A stretch of DNA of 45,300 nucleotides, the filler included, from Streblomastix strix (Eukaryota): NCBI GenBank assembly GCA_008636045.1. It is 2 parts of 2 records of this genome, joined end to end, with 100 filler letters (N's around TTAATTAATTAA, not from the genome) between each part and the next. Parts side by side here need not be neighbours in the genome. Positions count along the whole stretch, not along the records: positions 22,704 to 45,300 come from SNRW01000318.1; 1 more part is not named here. One strand, given 5' to 3'. Shown in pieces: positions 39,918-45,300 of the stretch (position 1 is the first letter of the stretch; every line of letters starts with the position of its first letter). The notes under the pieces were generated by a model, which had not been told where the DNA came from, did no database searches, and was given only the letters and a program-made list of their open reading frames with translations. The position numbers were made by a program, and so were the translations under genes.

Positions 39918-40328
39918 GAATTTTATTAACGCAAATCTAGTTTTTTAAGTAAACAGTCAATACTTAGAATGCAAATAATTTTTTATTTTTAATTTTTTTT
40001 TAACGATTTTCGTCTTGGAAAAATATCTTCGCAAATGAAAATGACGAATTATAACAGCTTTATAACTAAAATATTAAAAATTCGCTAATAATTTAATAAA
40101 TATCATTACTTTAACCACGAACAACCGTATTAAAATTCGCAAACACTTTTTTCCTGTCTACATTAGTCCAGACCTTAACTCGAATTTTAAAGAAAACAAA
40201 TGTATTTAATAAATACTGCTAAATCTGTTTTTAACCAAAACATCAATTATGACTAAAAACCAAATTTTTAAATTAAAAAGTAGCCAATAATATTAGAGTT
40301 AAAACTACCCATTTGTTAAATATTCTGA

Positions 40329-42719
40329 ATGATTCTCGCTTTCATTGTATTTGAATTCATTGTTATCTATTCATGTAACATTTATGCTTTACATGACACG
40401 GTGATTCACAGATTCCACAGCGAGTAATTGAACGAACTTGATTCAAGTCCTATTTCTGTTTGCCTGATCAATGATGAGACAATTATCAATGTTGTATGCT
40501 TTAAAATATTTAATTGTACAATTTATTTATTCATTTGTTTACATAAATACATCACATGTTCGGCACAATAATTCACGAATTATCTAAATAAGTTTCAAGC
40601 AAGCAAGTTAACTGTCATGATGCATATTAACCAATATTTGAGATCATGGTACAATACAACATGCGAAAATACCAAAATTGCTTCCAGTGATGATTGTTCG
40701 TGGGAGAAATTAGATGGTAAAACATATATTTAATTCGAAGCGCGTTAGCTCTCAGTAACTAATATTACGAAGGTCATTGTTCATGAAAGTTGGCTGCAAA
40801 TATTGAATATGAGTCAAATATTTACTGAACTATGTAATATTCTCAATTATGCGTTGCGCACACTGACAAGAACTGCAATTCGACCTTTGACCGTTACTCA
40901 TGAGCATTTGATATCAGCTACTTGGTAGAAGAATTAGGTGAACTCAACTTAATGTCAGTTATCGATCTAAATACCACCTTAGAATGTTGATAATAATTCT
41001 TAATGCTTCGCATGCATAGAGATTTTCCTTATCTATTCAGTAGCAATACTTCTTAACTCATTTTCATCCACTGCCCTTGAATATTAGCTCACAATTAAGA
41101 TCAATAATTAAAATAAATCTTAATAATAATAAATTAAGAAAAACAGGAAGAGATATCATTTTATTCTATTTCTATTCCTTGCTTGCTATGTTTCACAGGA
41201 TACATTCAATGTGAATGGAGTTGAGTATTATGTTCAAAGTGCTAACAGTGGTGATTCAAACAGCTGTTCATTTTCAGCACCGTGTTTGACTTTGGGAGCT
41301 GGTACGATTACCAATAATGTTAATACTGCAGAAACTTTTATTGTCTATATTGTGGATAGAACTTCTATTAATTAATAATTGTACATAACACAAACTTCAT
41401 CGCCTCGAACATTTAGGAACTACCCAGATTCAAGTGAAACCTACATGGACATCAGAGTGGCTAATTCTGGTTAGTTTTATGTTGCTGGACAAGTACTCTT
41501 CAATTATATCAACTTTGTTGTTGAAAGTGGAACAGCTTATGTTTCTGCGATACAAATTCCTTCATCATCTTCAGCATTTGTTGATATTACAAACTGTAAG
41601 ATGAACATGGCCACTGGAGCAAGTTCAATATCGTGCAGTCTTGTTCTTTAGTATGGTGGCTATCTTAATATAGATAATTTAAATGCTAGTTACATCGTAA
41701 CAACTTAGGCAATTATTTAATGTAATTCATCTGCGAAAACCATTAGCATTACAAACAGTCATTTTGAAGACATAAACAGAACATTAAGCAGTTAGTAATA
41801 TGCAGCTGGAATTGTTAGTGTATCATTATCAGGTTCAGGAAATCAATTAACTTTAACAGGATCATAATTCATTCAGTGCAAATCAACTGAATCAAATTCA
41901 AAAGGAGGTGCTTTATATCTTTCTTTGGAGTATTCAGCAACTGGGATATTAGAAAATTCAGAATTTAATTTATGTGAGTCATACAATGGAGGAGGAATAT
42001 ATGCAGTACTATTATCAAATTCACAATTAACATTGAGCACTACTGATAGTAAATAGTTCTTATTCACTAACTGTAGGACTACTACAGGTAATGGAGGTGG
42101 AATATATGCCAATATTTAATAAATTTCGAAATTAACTTTATCAGGTAATTGCCTATTCACGAGTTGTAGTACAAATAATGGTGATGGTGGAGGAATTTAT
42201 GCATATAATTCCAATGGAAGTGTTATTATCAATTCATAGTGTAAGTTCTACCATTGTATTAGCTATGGCAATGGAGGTGGAATCTTTCATGAGTTTGATT
42301 TTTCAAGAGTTTGCAAATTAACTATCAATGATGCAATATTTTAGGAGTGTGAAGCCAAATCTTACTCATCATAAACTTAACACACGGGATATGGCGGAGG
42401 AATATTCATTGGTGGAGATGGTTCTTATATGACATCAGCTGGTGATATTCTTGACTTACATGGAATGAAGATTGATGGTAATAAAGCTGATAAGTATGGA
42501 CAAAGTTTGTATGTTGCTTTGACTAATTTGGAATCATGGTGTAATTTAGGAACAGCAGGTTATTATGTGAAAGGAAACTATAGCGACTTAACTTCAAATG
42601 CAAACGAACTTATGGGAATTCCTATAAGTTTATCCTCATTCTATTCTATTTCAGAATCAAATCTGAAAACATAATAAAAACGTCTAGAAACTTATTGGAA
42701 TCCAGATGGAGTTGAACCA

Positions 42720-42769
<50 letters not shown>

Positions 42770-44864
42770 CGATCCAATTTATTATGTCAATGAATTCTAT
42801 GTCAATTATATTAGTGGCAGTGACTAAAATTAATGTACTTAATCAAGACCATGCAAAACATTAGAGGCTAATGCTATCACAAACAAAATCAATAGTACAA
42901 CAACTTTCATAGTGTATATTGTTGATTAAATGCCATAATCATAATATCTCCAAATATCAGAATATTCATCTCCACGTACATTTAGAAACTACCCAACTAC
43001 AAGTACTACACGTGGTAATATATAAATAACTCCAGCTGGATCATTCAACATTTCAGGGTCAGCAAGGTTTAACTACATCAATTTCATTATAGAAAGTTCG
43101 TCAAGCCTTAATTTTGATGTATTATATGGTAAATCATCACATTCAGATTTAACTCTATTGAATTGTAAAGTGAGTTAATCGTCTACAAGTGCATTAATGC
43201 ATCGGAGCTTTTTGAGAATGTATGATGGCACAGTAAATATTAACAAGTTAACTATCAAAGATATTCAAACAGATACTGAAGTCTTTATGTTTGAAGGTTC
43301 ATCAGTGGTAACCATTGAAAACAGCACTTTTGAAGATATAGAAATGAAGACAGCATAAGGATTTTCTGATTATCATGGTATAATTTAAGCAAGATTTTCA
43401 TAACCAACAAGTTCATTCAATCTTATTGATACACTATTTTTATATTGTAACCCATATTATCTTGATTCATTAACCAGTAGTCTATATCTTTATTTGGAGA
43501 GTGCAGTTTAATTTGCAATTGATGAAGTTACATTTTCTTACTGTTAAGGATATTCTGGAGGCGGATTATATACTAATTTGCTTTCAGATTCTTCATTAAC
43601 ATTATCCGATTGTCATTTCAACAGGTGCGCATCATATGAGAATGGAGGTGGAGTTTATGCGCTCTTGAATTCTAACTCTTTGCTAACTTTGTCTGGATGT
43701 TTGTTCATAGATTGTAATTCAAGTTGGAATGGTGGAGCTATATATTTATTTACTAACGAATCAAAAATAACACTCAGTAATACTTATATAGAAAATTGTA
43801 CAAGCAATGCTGGTAATGGTGGAGGAATATATATTACATTATACTTCAATCAATAACAGTCAGCATTCATAATCAGTGAGACTAAAATAACGAATTGCAG
43901 AGCAAAATATTCTTCATCTTCTACAAATCATTCTGGATTTGGAGGTGGAGTATTTCTCATTAGTAGTGATTAATACGATGTTTCATCCAATGGATTGGAT
44001 CTCAGGGGAATGCTAATTAATAATAACACAGCTGATAATGGCGGAAAGAGTTTATATGCTGTACTGTAAACACTTAAAGAATGGTGCTAAGCTGGTAACA
44101 AAGGCGAATATGTCAAAGGGAATTACAGTTAATATACATCTTAATTGAATGATTTGCAAGGAATCCCTGATGGATTGAGTACATTTAATTCTTTATCAAT
44201 AGATGAAATCAAATCATAGCAGGTTTATCTTGAATGTTATTGGTCTGATTATAAAAGTGGTTGTCCATCATTTTATGAAATCCCCTGGATGATAGTCATT
44301 ATTATTTTAATAGTATCACTCGTAGTTTTAGTAATTATTATAATCATCATATGTTGTTGTTCGTATTACTTTTGCTGCCGTTAGAAAGTATAAGATTAAT
44401 AAGTAAATGTAGTTGATAATCATGATGTTCCTCTTCAAACTGTATAACCATAATAATAAGCATACCCATAATAATCTGGAAATAGTATTCAATATGGATA
44501 GCAATATGGATAATAATATGGAAATACTACTCAATTTGGAACTTATAATCAAAATCAATATTCTTAGTATGGATAATAATATGGAAACTAATTTGGATAA
44601 TAGAATGTATTATAATATGGAAACTAATTTGGATAATAGAATGTATAATAATATGGACAATAATATGGATAATAATATGGAATGCCTTCACATTAACAAT
44701 TTACATCTTAATATGAGAGTTCTTAATAATAATAATATCCATAATAATATCCATAAATATAATAATAATAATAAAATTCTCAAATTCTTCCTCCATCAAC
44801 AGCTTCGCTTACAAATACATAATAAGTTCTAAAGATTAATTCGGAGATTCAAGAAAATCAATGA
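40329..44864 (+). CDS. Paralogous type I membrane/surface protein (~1511 aa) with two beta-helix-like modules, D18 linker, TM helix and QYG-repeat tail
   Basis: Single frame from ATG 40329 to TGA 44862-44864 with TAR=Gln, containing track ORFs 42429 and 43578. Colinear with 23471-29857, with blocks of near-identical DNA. TM PWMIVIIILIVSLVVLVIIIIIICCCSYYFCC ~44283-44378. C-terminus LKINSEIQENQ versus LKISSDIQENQ in copy 1. Confidence 0.85.
42720..42773 (+). repeat. (GAT)n poly-Asp linker (18 Asp)
   Basis: GAT/GAC x18 in the CDS frame between the two modules. Confidence 0.92.
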
Positions 44865-45084
44865 TCTTTAATATATTGAACAGAATGAATTAAACATTAC
44901 GATTAAGAGTTACAATGAGAATAATTTTATTTATTTTTAATATATTTAATTGAATTTTTATTTGTCTTTTAATATTTATGTTGTTTTTGCAATATTTTTT
45001 ATTTAATAATCATTTAATTGTTATTTTTTATTTAAAGTTTATTCTATTTATTCAATAGATTTTTAAAAAGAAGAAAGAAACCTT

Positions 45085-45300
45085 AATAATTATAAAGATA
45101 AACAAAAATAAGAAATTTAGAAAAAAAATAAAATATAAAAAATTATAAAGATAAACAAAAATAATGAATTTAAAAAAGAATAAAATATAAAAAATTATAA
45201 AGATAAACAAAAATAAGAAATTTAGAAAAGAATAAAATATAAAAAATTATAAAGATAAACAAAAATAAGAAATTTAGAAAAGAATAAAATATAAAAAATT
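45085..45300 (+). repeat. 52-bp minisatellite, array 3 (at least 4 copies, runs off the window end)
   Basis: Units at ~45085, 45137, 45189, 45241 and a partial at 45293; same consensus. Confidence 0.97.

Larger units (their letters stand above)
30737..40243 (-). mobile_element. About 9.5-kb block of decayed mobile DNA (Polinton/Maverick-like polB and HNH remnants plus a DIRS retrotransposon remnant) interrupting the second cassette
   Basis: Homology to cassette 1 stops after GGAATCTATTAAA (30724-30736 = 23232-23244) and resumes at CAATTATGA (~40244 = ~23386). The intervening DNA encodes only TE-type pseudogenes, all on the minus strand. Confidence 0.8.

Noticed and set aside
44413..44832. 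Track ORFs with MDNN/METNLDNR repeats (also 29625-29825, 25311, 27198, 27702)
   Set aside because: They are shifted-frame shadows of the real TAR=Gln membrane-protein frames.

Overview
This is very AT-rich eukaryotic DNA that reads only with TAA/TAG = Gln (translation table 6, TGA the sole stop). The supplied standard-code ORF track therefore gives only fragments and shadow frames. The code and gene content fit an oxymonad such as Streblomastix best, which is an inference. The window is two unrelated contigs joined by an artificial 100-nt spacer (22604-22703). Left contig: one minus-strand frame of about 7,500 codons, open at both ends, encoding a giant USP9X/USP24/USP34-type deubiquitinase. 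Its catalytic boxes are intact but separated by large Q/S/N/KD-rich insertions. Right contig: a tandem array of cassettes, each made of a 51-52-bp minisatellite, a conserved hairpin island and a large type I membrane protein gene. These proteins have 2-3 right-handed beta-helix-like modules joined by poly-Asp linkers, a TM helix, a Cys cluster and a Q/Y/G/P-rich tail. The two paralogues (23471-29857 and 40329-44864) differ in module number and look like patchwork mosaics. About 9.5 kb of decayed mobile DNA lies upstream of the second gene: a Polinton/Maverick-like family B DNA polymerase pseudogene, an HNH-type remnant and a truncated DIRS retrotransposon. All translations and alignments were done by eye.
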